A stretch of 63,116 nt of DNA, the filler included. It is 15 parts of 15 records of this genome, joined end to end, with 100 filler letters (N's around TTAATTAATTAA, not from the genome) between each part and the next. Parts side by side here need not be neighbours in the genome. Positions count along the whole stretch, not along the records: positions 1 to 4,226 come from SRR15195285_8070; positions 4,327 to 8,204 come from SRR15195285_8080; positions 8,305 to 12,347 come from SRR15195285_8101; 12 more parts are not named here. One strand, given 5' to 3'. Within the stretch, counting starts at the first letter, position 1, and each line of letters starts with the position of its first letter. This document shows positions 1-12,260 of this stretch, in pieces. The notes beneath the pieces are model-generated. The model was not told where the DNA came from. It saw nothing but the letters and a program-made list of their open reading frames with translations, and made no database searches. The position numbers and the translations under genes were made by a program.

Positions 1-1759
1 CAGAGCCGGAGCCAGAGCCGGAGCCAGAGCTTGCTCCCTACGTGCTGTCAGATCGTGCCAATTACCTGCTGGAGAAGGCAAAGAGCCGCTGGCAAGAGCT
101 GCCGGCTGCAGCCGATGACGATGCCTACCGGCCGCAGGGACGTGAAGCTACCATCGCACGAGTTGCGGCGAATGATCCCACGGAGATAGAGGTGGACTGG
201 AGCTACAAGGACGTTTCAGAGGCGGAGGTTCAGGCCCTGCTCGCCGCACTGCCAGGAAACACTTGTCTGCGCAAGCTGGATTTCAAGGGCAATCCGAATC
301 TGACGGACGCTACTGCTCAGGTGGCGTTGTTCATGCTGCCTGAATGCAACGTGCTCCAGGCGAGCTTCGAATATTGCGACGGGATGGTAGGCGAGGAGCA
401 CCGTGACGGCGTGGCCAAAGGTCGACAGGCCGAGATCAGGACGGTGTTAATCGCCAATATTCTGGACGCAGTGCGGAATGACGACCCAGACATGATGGAG
501 TTGGACCTGCATGATGTCGGTCTTCGCGACGAGCATATGGAACAGGTTGCAGATGCACTCGCTCAAAATTCACGCGTACAGAGTGTTTCGGTAGGTGGCA
601 ACGCGAAGTTGACCGATGCTGGCCTACGAATCTTGCTGGCTGTGCTGGGGGAGTGTCTCTCTGTGACACGCGTCGATCTGAGCTCACAACGACTGATCAA
701 CAACACTCTTACTGACGATGGAGTAGTGGGACTGCTCCAGGTCATACCGATCTGTGCAGTCACGCACGTAGGGCTCCAATTCTGCGATGGAGTGTCTTGG
801 GAGCTCAAGTCGGCGATCGGAACAGCCATAGATGATCGGCTGAAGCAGGAAGAAGACGATCGGCTGGCAGCGGAGGCAGCGGAGGCAGAGCGTAGTCGGC
901 TAACGAAGGTTTGCCCAGACTGTGAGCTCGGTGGAACAGCCGATTTCTGCGGTCCTCATGCCCGTGTAAGAGCAGAGGCCGAGCTAGCGGCTGCCAAGGT
1001 CGCTGAGGAGGAAGCATTGGCCGAGACACAGGCCGCCGAAGCGCGTGCAGCTGCCGCGAAAGCCGCCCTTGAGCGGGAAGAGGCAGAGGCGCGCGCCACA
1101 ACAGAAGCGGCAGAAAAGGAAGCGCAGGAAGCGCAGGCGGCGCAGGAACATGCGCGGCAGGAGAAGTCTGACGCTGACGCTGCAGCGAAGCAGCTTGAAT
1201 TGGAGGAGGCACAGGCGGTTTACGCCGAGGCTGAAGCCTTGCAGAAATGCGCGGAACTCGAGACAGCAGAGCTGGCGCTAAAGGAAGCAAAGGCAACGAA
1301 GAAAGGCAAGGTGAAAAAGAACGCCTTGAAGGTGGCCACAGAAGAGATTGAGCGCGTGCGAGCCGACGCAGACGCAGCAAGAGACCGCGCTGAGCAAGAG
1401 CGGAAAGAAGCTGATAAAGCCAAGCTCATTCTTGAGCGTGTGAGTCCTGTCCTAGCACACATGCATGCGTCGCTGAAGCACTTTCGATTGCAGCAGTGGT
1501 GTTCGCCATCGTGTGTCAGGCAGTGTATGATTTAGTCTGGTTCGCCGGCTGACAGGAACGTGAAGAGGCCACTTTTGCCTTCGAGCTTGCCGACAAAAAG
1601 CGACGAGAGGCGGAGGATGCAAGGTGTGCTGCGCTAAAAGAACAGGCAGATGTCGATGCGGCTAAGGCTGAAGCAGACGCGACTGCTGCTCAGCAAGCCG
1701 AAGCACAACGCAACGTGCAGGAGGCTACAGCTAGGCACCAAGCGGCACTCCTCCCTTGA
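1..1759 (+). CDS. RNI/tropomodulin-like LRR protein with C-terminal Ala/Glu-rich coiled coil; 5' truncated; intron 1440-1555
   Basis: Two 'NDP..(E)L..L......L..N..L..L....N..LTD' LRR blocks. The GTGAGT...GACAG intron restores the frame (ILER|EREEA...) to TGA at 1757-1759. Confidence 0.7.
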
Positions 1760-2158
1760 GGGTCACAAATCGAGTATTCGCACTTGACATTTGCTCAGGT
1801 TGCCCAAGACGAGATTGGACATTGCAGCGGACGCATGCACCTCGGCGTGGCTTTGGATCCCCACAGCAATTCTGGCGGCTGTCAACGAGATCAGACAAGA
1901 GCTACAGCAATTTCATGAGGTTCACAACCAAGATGGGGACGGTGGATCACTGTTGGACGAGTGGCGTGGTTACGAACAGCAGCTGTTGGTGAATGTCAAA
2001 GAAAAGTACGGGATCAGCTAGTGCGTATGAGCAGCGGTGGTGGCCAACATCGTTGCGCAAATTCGAATGCTTGTAAACTATCCACGTGGTGCGCAATGCA
2101 GTCAGCAATGGTTCGCAATACACTACCTCGCACTTTTTGATTACCGACACGTAATCAC

Positions 2159-4195
2159 TCACAGAGTTCCGGAAAAGTTTGAGATTGCGGACAGCTTCGG
2201 ATCTCGCTCCGCAGTCGCACGGGACAGCGTGCGGACCTTCTCGATGTACTTGGCTCGATCCTGCACAAGCAAGGCGGCCGCATTCACGTTTGCTGGGTGC
2301 TCACAGCTCGGGTCGTCAAGAATGCTCTGCACGGACAATAACAACGTAGCGACGGAACAGACGCTCGACCATTCAGTTGCCAGGACATCCGCGCACACGA
2401 ACCCATGCTCATCGACATTGGGATGGAAGACGCAGCCACCCAGAAAGCGCAGCACAGGTGGCTTGTGAGGGTAAAATTCGAGCGGGATGCGCATTTCAAA
2501 CTCGAATCGGCCGGCCTCCCAAGGTGTACCAGATGGTCCTTGCATCATACCACGCCAGACAGATAGGTCGACGCCTCCACTGTCTGGTGAACCTACCGTG
2601 GCTGGCTCTGCTACAACCAGTGGGAGGCCTGCGTGGTGCAAGTCTGCAGCTTGTCGCCATACTCGCTGCACATCACGAGTGAGCGTTCGCACGACACTCG
2701 ACCGGCAGTGCTCAGGTCCGGAGAGCACCTTGCGCATATCGACCAAGCCAGATCTGCTACGAACCGTCGTCGCGGGCGGCGATCGCAGGTGGCTGATATC
2801 GCGTGCTGGTGTCAGCACAGCAAGAGGAATTTTGCGCGACGTGCACTCTGGCCACCAACTTCCCAACAGAGGCAGGCCGTGCAGCCTCAATCCCACCACA
2901 TCATCAGTATGCGCATCTGTTTGAGTGCCTGTTCCAGCGTCTCTTACTGCGCCAGCTTCCCGAGCGACAGACGCTGCCAGTGCCACGCTGCTGGCACCAA
3001 CAAACGACTGTGTCCGCGTCGACAGCTCCCACAGTTTGACACATGCAAAGACCGATGGCGCGCGGAACTGTGGTCGCAATGCATCGAGCACTACCAGCAA
3101 CTTCTCCTCCGTCTCCAACTCCTCCTGTGGCTCCGACTGGAGTAGCCAATCAAGTCGGCCACGCAACCAATCTTTCCCGACTATGTCGAGCAAAACTGAG
3201 TCGTCTAGCATCTCTGTCTGCTCGTGCCGCGGCTGGTCTTCGTTACGTTGGATAGTGCAAACTCGGCGAAGCACTTTTCGAATCGATGCACGGGTACGGT
3301 CTCGTGCAGCTCCTTCCAAACTCATGGAAACGCGTGGATCGCTGCGCTGGCAGAGCCGTGCCAGCTCGCCGTGCTGGATGCAAAAGTGCCCGACCAGCGC
3401 CGACGCGCCCCGAGCATCATTCAGCGGCAAGGTGGCGTCGAGGATGACGCGCTGCCACGCGTTCGACGCCAGGTTTGCGATGTGCGTCCGCAGTCCGGCA
3501 GCTTCGGCTCTGTACCCGTGCCAGAATCGGGTCATGGCCGCTGGTGGATAGGCTCGTACCGCGTCCTCGTACGGTTCCAACGACAGCCGATCAGTTACGG
3601 CGCTGGCAAATGACACAACCATCGCGTGCCGGGCTCGCTCAACCTCTTCCACGTCCACTCCAGCGTTCACCTTGGCGCCGAGGCTGGCCACTGAGCCAAC
3701 CGCTGCGAATTCAAACAGCTGTGTCAACCACTTGAGCACCGTCTCGCGCGAGAGCGTCCACGTACAATAACTAACCTTCGTCACGGTGTCCGGACCGGCG
3801 TCCGCAGATCCGCCAGTGACTAGCGTGCAGAGCCCTCGCAGTCCCTGCACATTCGCCCACATCTGGACCAGACGAACCCGGCGGACCACGAGGCGCAGTT
3901 GCACCGCCCATGGCCGTTGTTGCATTGTCGCCCAAGGCCTAGGGCCCAGGCCAAGCAATCCTGGAGCCAGCTGTGCCGCCACCTGACCTAGCACTTCGCG
4001 GACCGAATCTCGCCAAGTCGTGCAGACGCACGACAACAACCCGCAGAGCGACAGCGCCACCGCTGCAGCGGCCCCATGCGGCGACACCACTGACCGCGCC
4101 AGCCAAGTCGGCAGCACGTTGGAGAGCACCCGCACCGTCGAGGGCACCAGCTGCCATGACTCCCGCGTCTCGATCGCCACTGCCGTGAAGTCCAT
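2159..4195 (-). CDS. Large protein with C-terminal ubiquitin-conjugating (UBC/E2) domain and N-terminal F-box-like motif; 3' end may be spliced further (GTGAGT at ~2163)
   Basis: UBC motifs W..MMQGPSGTPWEAGRF, YPHKPP and FHPNVDEHGFVCADVL (catalytic Cys present), then LLSVQSILDDP..EHPANVNAA. Confidence 0.8.
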   Translation of the reverse strand: MDFTAVAIETRESWQLVPSTVRVLSNVLPTWLARSVVSPHGAAAAVALSLCGLLSCVCTTWRDSVREVLGQVAAQLAPGLLGLGPRPWATMQQRPWAVQLRLVVRRVRLVQMWANVQGLRGLCTLVTGGSADAGPDTVTKVSYCTWTLSRETVLKWLTQLFEFAAVGSVASLGAKVNAGVDVEEVERARHAMVVSFASAVTDRLSLEPYEDAVRAYPPAAMTRFWHGYRAEAAGLRTHIANLASNAWQRVILDATLPLNDARGASALVGHFCIQHGELARLCQRSDPRVSMSLEGAARDRTRASIRKVLRRVCTIQRNEDQPRHEQTEMLDDSVLLDIVGKDWLRGRLDWLLQSEPQEELETEEKLLVVLDALRPQFRAPSVFACVKLWELSTRTQSFVGASSVALAASVAREAGAVRDAGTGTQTDAHTDDVVGLRLHGLPLLGSWWPECTSRKIPLAVLTPARDISHLRSPPATTVRSRSGLVDMRKVLSGPEHCRSSVVRTLTRDVQRVWRQAADLHHAGLPLVVAEPATVGSPDSGGVDLSVWRGMMQGPSGTPWEAGRFEFEMRIPLEFYPHKPPVLRFLGGCVFHPNVDEHGFVCADVLATEWSSVCSVATLLLSVQSILDDPSCEHPANVNAAALLVQDRAKYIEKVRTLSRATAERDPKLSAISNFSGTL

Positions 4196-4226
4196 TGGGA
4201 AAAGTCCGCTTTTTCGCCCCAGTCAA

Positions 4227-4326
4227 NNNNNNNNNNNNNNNNNNNNNNNNNNNNNNNNNNNNNNNNNNNNTTAATTAATTAANNNNNNNNNNNNNNNNNN
4301 NNNNNNNNNNNNNNNNNNNNNNNNNN
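4227..4326. other. Artificial contig spacer. Identical spacers at 8205, 12348, 18533, 23187, 28763, 32340, 35991, 39371, 42620, 48177, 51438, 54801 and 59994 (each 100 nt)
   Basis: 44 N + TTAATTAATTAA (stop in all six frames) + 44 N. Confidence 0.99.
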
Positions 4327-4460
4327 ACCCTGACCCTGTCCCCTACTTCCGGGGGGGTCTCCACCCGCTTCCTCTTCCCCCCCGCCATCCTGTCCTGCTC
4401 CGCCACTGCTCCGCGCTGTCCAGCGTCCAACCTCACGCCAGTTCCCCATCCCGGAGCCAG

Positions 4461-5927
4461 AATTCCAGAAGGCCCTAGGGATCCCACTGCAGCTCTACGC
4501 TCCATACTTTTGTGACCAGTCGACGTACTTCACACGGGTCAATGCGTCCGCCTCGCCACCGTGGCAGTCGTACCAATCGGACACTACGCTGCCAGGCTGT
4601 GGTGGCTTTGGTTTCCAGGATGTTGTTGCCAATCAATCGCTCGACTTTTACCGCTGGTTCTACAAGAAGGGGGTCGAGACAGGGATGGTCTCCTTCGAGC
4701 CTGACTTTATGAACCAGAATTACAACTGTGTCAAAGAGTTTGTAGAGTCAGCCGGGCTGGCGCGCGAGTGGCAGATGGGCATGGCCACCGCCGCACTCGA
4801 GATGAATCTCACTGTGCAGTGGTGTTACGCAACCCCGACAGATATCCTGGCAGCGCTGGAGATGCCGGCCGTCACCAACTTCCGCGTTTCAAATGACTTC
4901 TGCTACGGTGAGAGCTGGAAGGTCGGCGTGTCGTCACTGATCGTCTGGGCAGCGGGCGCCTTTCCTTCCAAGGACACTCTGTGGACGTCTGACAATGGTC
5001 GGTTTAGCGTCGGGGGCTGCCCGTGGACACCGGATCACGAGACCCCGGCAGCAGCGCTGCACGTCGTGATCGCCCTCATGTCGACAGGTCCGGTTGGCAT
5101 CTCGGACATGGAGGGCGGGACGAACGTCACCCTCATCACCCGCACGATCACCGAGGTGAGCAACTCCCTTTGATTTTCTTGTGGAAGCTTTGACGTACCA
5201 TGCTTAACAAACGTACGAAACGCTCACAACAAAAGGACGTCTCGCGCAGGATGGAACGCTGCTCAAGCCGAGCAAGCCAATCTCTCTCATCGACTCTGGC
5301 CTAGCCGCGACGTCCGCCGGGCGTGGCAACAAGGCAGCGCTCCCCGGGCCGTCAGGGGAGATCTACTCGACCTACTCTGCTGCCACAGCTGCTGCGACTG
5401 TCAAGCCGGGCGGTTCAATAGCCAAGGCCGCCATCGCGTACTACTTCGTGTCGTTCAAGATGACGGCCGAGTTCGGCGTGAGCAAGCGTGATTTCTACCC
5501 CGCGCTGCCAACCGCGGCGAGGACCATGCTTGTCTACAGGGAGTTCTCTGAAGGAGCTGGTTGCGTGAACGGCTCCGCTGTGCACACTTGCGTCACTGCA
5601 GTCAGCTCTGATACACCCCACCAGATCTTTACGGCGCCACGTTCCGACCTCTCAAACGTTACTGGTGGGACGGACTTCGCCCCTGCTGTAGTAACCGTGT
5701 GGCCCGTCTGCGCAAATGGCTTCGTGCTTCTTGGCGATCTTTCGAAATACGTGGCGTTGTCCGCGCAACGGTTCTCGCACGTTGAGTGCACCAGCACGGG
5801 AGTTGCCGCGGCGGTGGTGGGTTCGATTGGTGAGGAGGTGACAGTGACCGCGATGACGAAGACGACTGTGGTTGTTCGCAAGGTTGTGATTCCACAGGCA
5901 GGTGCTGTGTCGATTGCAGTCAATTGA
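4461..5927 (+). CDS. Glycoside hydrolase-like protein (GH36/raffinose synthase-like C-terminal half); 5' truncated; intron 5156-5249
   Basis: Motifs SFEPDF, QWCY, FRVSND, PSKDTLW and MSTGPVGISD. The spliced DGTLLKPSKP resembles the Sip1/GH36-type DG.LLKP motif. Confidence 0.55.
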
Positions 5928-6064
5928 TTAGTGGCTGAAATGTCAATGTTTCTTCTCAACCCGTCTGAGCGTGTTCCATCCTACTAGTACTGACTCCGAC
6001 GGCCCTTATGCCCGCCCACACTGCTAGCTGGTCGATACTAACTAGCAGTGCCGACGACTATCGC

Positions 6065-7901
6065 TTATAGCCGCGGAGTCGATAAATCTCTCCCCACAAC
6101 AGCCCCAACGCTACTTATGTTGCTGGCCATTGGGCTCGGCTCAATGACCGCAGCGTAGACCATCGTTGCAAGCGAGCCACGGCCCATGTTCGAAAGCTCA
6201 CGTTGCGCGCACATAAGTTGCTGCGTGTAGAACAGGTCTGCACAAGCAGCACGATGGTGTCAAGCGTGGACACGCACCAAGCAAAACATCGAAGCTGACT
6301 AAATCTTACAGCCAATATCTGCAGCCCGATCAATGACACAGGTCGTTGCGGCGGCCCCTCCCCAAGAATATGTGCCAGGGGTCGGCCCAATGAGTCCACC
6401 AGCAGCCATCACATCCATGGCCACCCAGCCACCAAGACCAAAACCGATGCCTGCAGAAGACACCGGCGCAGCCATACCGGCAAGCGTTGCGTGTGATGAC
6501 GCCATTTTGTGCATCTGCACTCCACCTGAGTCCAGAACGTGTGAGGCTTAGTGTCTTGCCAGGATGGTGAAAAAGAAGCGAACGGCAAGTTTTTGCGTAT
6601 TGAAAGCAATCAATTATTTTCATGGCGAATCGGCGCTTCACCTGGTAGCTGCGATGTCATCATGAGCTCGACCGTGCGTGGCGACAACAGCTGGTGGCCT
6701 GTGTGTGGAGATCGACCAGACTCCATGAGGCAGGCAAACATTCGCCACCAGTCATCCGCCTTGCCAGTGCCCTGCGCATCTGGAAGCACACACTGTTGTA
6801 ACTCAGCAACAGCGTCGTTGTTTGTCAGGTTGAGCTTCGTTGCTGGGACAGGGTCGCGCTGATACAACGACCATGGTTTGTTTGGCGTCATCGCAACCGT
6901 CCCATATTCAAACATCGGCAGCAGGTTTGGATCACTTGCTTTGACGCCCCATCCTGCCGTCTGCATCCCAAGTGGATCGAAGATTTCGGTCTGTATGATC
7001 TCGGTCGCGACTCGCCCCATCGCGACCTCTGCGCAACGCACCGCAACGATGTGGCCATTTGCATAGTCCCAGAGAGTGCCAGGGTGGTGTCGCAATGGCA
7101 TGGTGCCAATCCGCGCGGCAACCTTCTCTAGCGAGCCAAAGACTGTGGCGAGGCCACCCTCATGGATTAGATCCTCGACACCCAGATCGTTTGCCATGTA
7201 TATCTTGTCCACCTCGTCAACAATTCCATTATCTGCAAACAGCCCACCGTATGCCAAGCCTGCCGTGTGCATCAGGCACTGTCGAATCGTGGGTAGCAAG
7301 TCGGCATCCTCGGTCAAGATATCGTTTGCTGCGACGGTTCCGCTCACGTACCGCTGTGGATTCTCGAACTCTGGAATGTACATCTCGACTGGATCATCCA
7401 AACGAAGCAGCCCTCTCTCCGCCGCAAGAAGTGTCGTCACTGTGGCGATGATCTTGGTCTGCGAATAGTAGCGGTACAGCGAGTCCTCCGTGATGGTGCC
7501 GAGTGGGCCATTGAACGTCTGATCGTACACAAGCTTGCCAGCTTTGGCGATCTTGAGGCGGGCGAATGGCAGCTCTGCGCGGCGCAAACTTGATGAGCCG
7601 ATGCATCCAAGACGGCACAGCTGTTGGCTGCACTGTCGGCACACGTTCTGGCATTGTGGTGGCACCACACCGGTGCAGGGCACGCAACTGCACGCTGAAT
7701 GCTAGTGCTTCTGATCCAGGTTTAGCCAATTGAGTGAGGACAAAACTGCAGCTAATGGACAGAAAATTGAGAATGACGTCGGGCCCTGTTGAGCGCACTT
7801 TTATCCACCACCATGGCTTCCAGCATGGTTGTGATCCATTCCAGGCGCTCAGAGCTCATGCCGCAGGACTCGGGAATCGCAGGCAGGTAGTCGCGCTGCA
7901 T
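6065..7901 (-). CDS. Serine hydrolase, beta-lactamase/EstB family; 4 exons; C-terminal PRL (PTS1-like)
   Basis: SxxK (YSQTK), LDDPV..YIPEF, TIRQCLMHTAGL, PGTLWDY, GFGLG and YSWGGAAAT. Three GT-AG introns join the ORF pieces. Confidence 0.85.
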
Positions 7902-8304
7902 TATTGTTGCGGTGGTGTGGTGGCCCCCTGCGGCTCGCTCCCTGGTGCCACCTACCCGTCGGCAGCTGCGATGCGTATCGTACGCGCGTAGCACTGCGCT
8001 ACCCGCGCGCGCGTGCATGCATCGCATGCGCATGCATGCATCGGGTGCATTATTGTCCTTTTGAGATCGAGATGCACATCGAGACTTTTTTGCGGAAACA
8101 TGCATCATTTTTTTGCGTTCGGGAAAATGCCGGCGCCGGCGGGTGGAATTCCAAATTGAAAATGACTGCGTTTGGAATCAGAATCAGATATATTCTCGAA
8201 TGACNNNNNNNNNNNNNNNNNNNNNNNNNNNNNNNNNNNNNNNNNNNNTTAATTAATTAANNNNNNNNNNNNNNNNNNNNNNNNNNNNNNNNNNNNNNNN
8301 NNNN

Positions 8305-10389
8305 GCTGCTGCTGCTGCTGCTGCTGCCGCTGCTTCTTCCCAAGCACGGGCTCGCTCGCACCACGCATTTCAGCGACGGTGATGAGGTGCCGGTCTACGC
8401 CAACAAGGTAGGCTGCGCCCGCGTGTTTGTCTGCTACAATACCCGGGGGGTGGCATTGAGAGGCAGCTGAACGCCCCGCCCCTGCTGGTTGCAGGTGGGA
8501 CCATACGTCAATCCGAGCGAAACGTACAACTACTACGACCTGCCTTTCTGTCAGCACAGCAGCATGGAGGTGCCGAAGCAGTCGCTTGGCGAGACGCTCA
8601 AGGGCGACGAGCTCACGCGGTCTTTGTTCGACGTCCGTTTCAAGAGTGAGTTGTTGCAGTTGCTGCAGGCACACGCCACACTGCATACATACGCTCTCGC
8701 GGTGTGGCGGCAGCACACGAGCGTACAGGCCACGCATCCCTGTATGCACACACGCTCCGGCGCCAAACTGCCGCCGCGCTGCCACCGCATCGTCGTTACC
8801 GTCATGACTGGCTGCCTGGGCTCGCAGCGAACATACGGATGGCCAAGCTGTGCGAGGTCACGTTTACTTCGCTCGAATACCAACAGCTCCACCACGCCAT
8901 CGAGGATGACTATTATTTTGAGTTTGTGGTTGACAAGCTGCCGATGTGGGGCTTTATCGGCGAGACCAAACTCGAGGGCGGGACGGAAAAACCGTACTTG
9001 TTCACGCACCTGCACTTTCATCTTGCGTTCAACGGCGACCAGCTGATCGAGGCGACGGTGAGCACAGACGCTAAGCTGGAAACATTGCTGGTTGACCCTT
9101 CTTCTGCTGCGGTTGCTACGAATGATAATGGGGAGGCGGGCAAATCCACGGCCGACCGCGGAACGGTTGAGTTCACTTACTCCGTGACATGGACACCTAC
9201 AGATGTGCCGTACAGTAGAAGGATGGAGAAGTATGCGAAGGCTTCGTTTCTTCCGATGCACTTGGAGATTCACTGGTTTTCTATCATCAATTCATTCGTC
9301 ATGGTCGTTCTGCTTACAGGCTTTCTGGCCACAATCATGATGCGTGTTTTGAAGAACGACTTTGTCAAATATGAGCAGGATGTAGAAATTGGAGCGGGCG
9401 GCGGCGATGAAGATGAGTCGGGGTGGAAAATGATTCATGGGGACGTGTTTCGCTTCCCACACCATGTGTCCCTGCTGTCCTCGATTCTGGGGGTTGGGGC
9501 GCAACTCTTTGCACTCATGGTTTCTTTCTTTGTTCTCGGCGTTATGGGGGTGTTTTATGCCGGCCACCGTGGGCATGCGCACGTCGCGATTCTCGTGCTC
9601 TATGCGCTAACAGCTTTCGTGTCTGGCTACGTGTCTGCGATAATGTTCCGGAAGTTTCAGGGAGAGAACTGGGTTCACAATGTGCTGCAGACAGCGCTGC
9701 TCTTGGCTCTGCCGTTCTTCGTCGTGTTTTGCTTTGAGAACACGGTCGCTGTCTACAACGGCGCGACAACGGCAATGCCCTTCTCAGCTATCGTGTTCGT
9801 GGCTGCCGTGTGGTCACTGGTGACATTTCCGCTCACAGTATTTGGTGCAATGACCGGGCGCCAACGGGTTGGGTCGACGGCTGAATTTGAGGCTCCGTGC
9901 AGGACAGCGAAGGTAGCTAGAGCAATCCCACCATACTCGTCACATTTTCGCAAACACAGCGTGCAGATGATGGTAGCAGGGTTCCTACCTTTCAGTGCAA
10001 TCTACATCGAGCTCTACTATATCTTCGCGTCTGTATGGGGCCACAAATCGTATACAGTGTACAGCATCTTGCTGATCGTCTTCATCCTGCTGCTGATCGT
10101 AACCTCTTTCGTCAACATTGCACTGACTTACTTCACGCTGGCAGCCGAGGACCACCACTGGTGGTGGCGTGCAGTACTGAATGGTGGCAGCACCGGGGTT
10201 TATATCTATGCCTACTGCTTCTACTATTGGTTGTTCAAAGCAGAGATGGAAGGCTTTCTGCAGGCAAGTTTCTTCTTCGGTTATATGGCTGTGGTGTGCT
10301 ACGCCTTTTTCATAATGCTTGGGGGCGTGGGACTGATCTCCTCCTTAACATTCGTGCGATATATCTATTCGTCAGTGCACGCGGACTGA
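8305..10389 (+). CDS. Transmembrane 9 superfamily (EMP70/nonaspanin) protein, TM9SF1-like; start codon missing; introns 8408-8494 and 8646-8827
   Basis: VYANK|VGPYVNPSETYNYYDLPFC, LEIHWFSIINS, ESGWKMIHGDVFRFP, AGFLPFSAIYIELYYIF, C-terminal YIYSSVHAD. Confidence 0.95.
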
Positions 10390-10724
10390 AAGATGTTCTG
10401 GTCACCTGGAATTGGTACCAGTTTCCCGGATCCAAATTGCGGTACCCCTGTCGATAGCGACCAATTGCACTGACCGTACAGGGTGATTCTCGTACTAGTA
10501 TGGTGGACAGAAGGGCAAGGGAAATTACTGGACACATCACGATACGATTTCTGCAGCTGACATTCTTATCGCTGAACGGGTCATGTAAGACATTGCTCAT
10601 CACCGGTGCGGCGGCCTGCAGCTTCCTCTATCTCATAGCCGTCGTCCTCGCACCGATCGCGCAGCGGAGCGTCGTATAGGCGCTGCAGCCAATGCACATT
10701 TTGATGTCCGTTCAACTGTTTCGG

Positions 10725-12260
10725 TTAATGCGTCATCGTGCCTTTGAATCGCTTAGACATGTGTTTGTTGCCCCTGCTCTTCTTGCTTGGACCCATAGAC
10801 TTGCCACCCGCCGCTGATCGCTCTTTCCACGTCGACTTGCGAAGCTTGCACGGACGATTTCCAATGTACTTGCCTGCACCCAGCGATCCAACAACGCTGT
10901 CAGAAAGAAGGCCTTCAATACCATCAGAGACACCAGAGGTAAAGTGTAGACCGGCTAGCACCTACGAAAACGCGTGGGCACGTGCGAGGCTGTGGCGCAC
11001 CGTTCATTGACTTCATGCATGCAACCATGTCCGCACTGTCTGAAAAAGAGACAAATCCATAGCCTTTTGTTTTGTTGTTCCAACGCTCCCGGATCACCTT
11101 GGCCTTGTTGAAACTCCGGTAATGTTTGAAAGCTAATGTCAACGTTTCGTCTGTCACCTCATTGCCAAGATCTCCGACGAAGATTCGATGGTCGTCTGCG
11201 AGCGCGTTTCCAACCGTGCGTGAGAGTCGGCCGAGAGTCACCAAAGGAAAGCAAGGATGCTAGGTGCTGCCCGGAGCAATGTGCCCCAGTTGCCAAGTCT
11301 GCGCACACAACAGCAGAAAGGGCACCAGGCAACACACCTTGCGGCCACTCGTCCAGCGACGGATCGTACCATGACTCTCCAGCGGCTTGCCTGTGGCACC
11401 CGTGTGCAATCAATCAGCGAACGGAACCGATGGGCGTGGCATTCGACGCGTTTGAGACAAACGTGTGGCTCTAAATTCCAGAAAGTGCTGCACCCAAGGT
11501 CGACGTAGGTAGTCCACATAAAACGAGACTGCGGCGTGTGCGGCCAGACCTACTCGAGCACTGAGGGGTTGTCGGCGAGTTACCTGTTGGCTTTCTTGCG
11601 CTTGGACATGCTACCATCTGGTTGCTGCCCCATCATTTGCTGTGCTAGAGCACCTTGCCTGCGTACCAGCGGCCAACAACAGCGCAGTAGCAAGTCAGCC
11701 TCATGGTGCGGTGGTTAGTCACACCGACGCGAGGCAAGCGAGCCATGTCGCGCACGGCATATCGGGGTCTGCTTGCGCGGGTCGCGGGAAGCTCATAATT
11801 GGGGCTGGCGGCTGCTGCGGCTGCCCCGGTGGAGGCGCCGGCGCCGCGGCCGAGTTGTGATGCTGCCTGGTTGGTCCTAGGTCGGCGTTCGGTATTGTCC
11901 GCAAGTCGGGCGCGACCGGTGCAGGCACTGGAGGCGCCGCTGCGGCATACTTCACGGGCGCGGACCCGACGGTTGCCTGTACAACAGCAGCGTCAGCGTT
12001 GGAAGAAACGGCCGCAGACAGCAGGAGGGGTCGTGCAGCGGCTGCGCGGAGTGGAAGACCATTGTCCTCACCCCGATTGGCACAGTGCGTTGCGAGGCGC
12101 TCGCGGTGCTGGAGGCGCTCGTGGTGCTGGAGGCGCTCGCGGTGCTGGAGGCGCTCGCAGCGGTGACGGCCCCGCCAGCAGGTTCGGTGCTCCCAGCTGC
12201 TGGGGCAGCCGCACTGAGCTTCTGGATCTCGGCCTCGAACAGCGCTAGCTCGGCGTCCAT
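10725..12260 (-). CDS. RBM42: RNA-binding protein 42 (RRM splicing factor); 6 exons
   Basis: Spliced AAGESWYDPSLDEWP-DDHRIFVGDLGNEV, KTKGYGFVSF and MNG-KYIGNRPCKLRKSTWKER; five GT-AG introns traced. Confidence 0.9.

Noticed and set aside
1..30. GAGCCRGAGCCA repeats at contig starts (also 48277) as telomere or satellite
   Set aside because: They read as EPEPEP low-complexity peptide (in frame with the gene at 1-30; frame link unclear at 48277) and probably just broke the assembly
4227..4326. Regularly recurring TTAATTAATTAA repeat
   Set aside because: Synthetic six-frame-stop linker between contigs; not biological, and not a CRISPR array
6065..7901. Beta-lactamase as an antibiotic-resistance gene or bacterial contaminant
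   Set aside because: It has three spliceosomal introns and esterase-family motifs; an ordinary eukaryotic serine hydrolase
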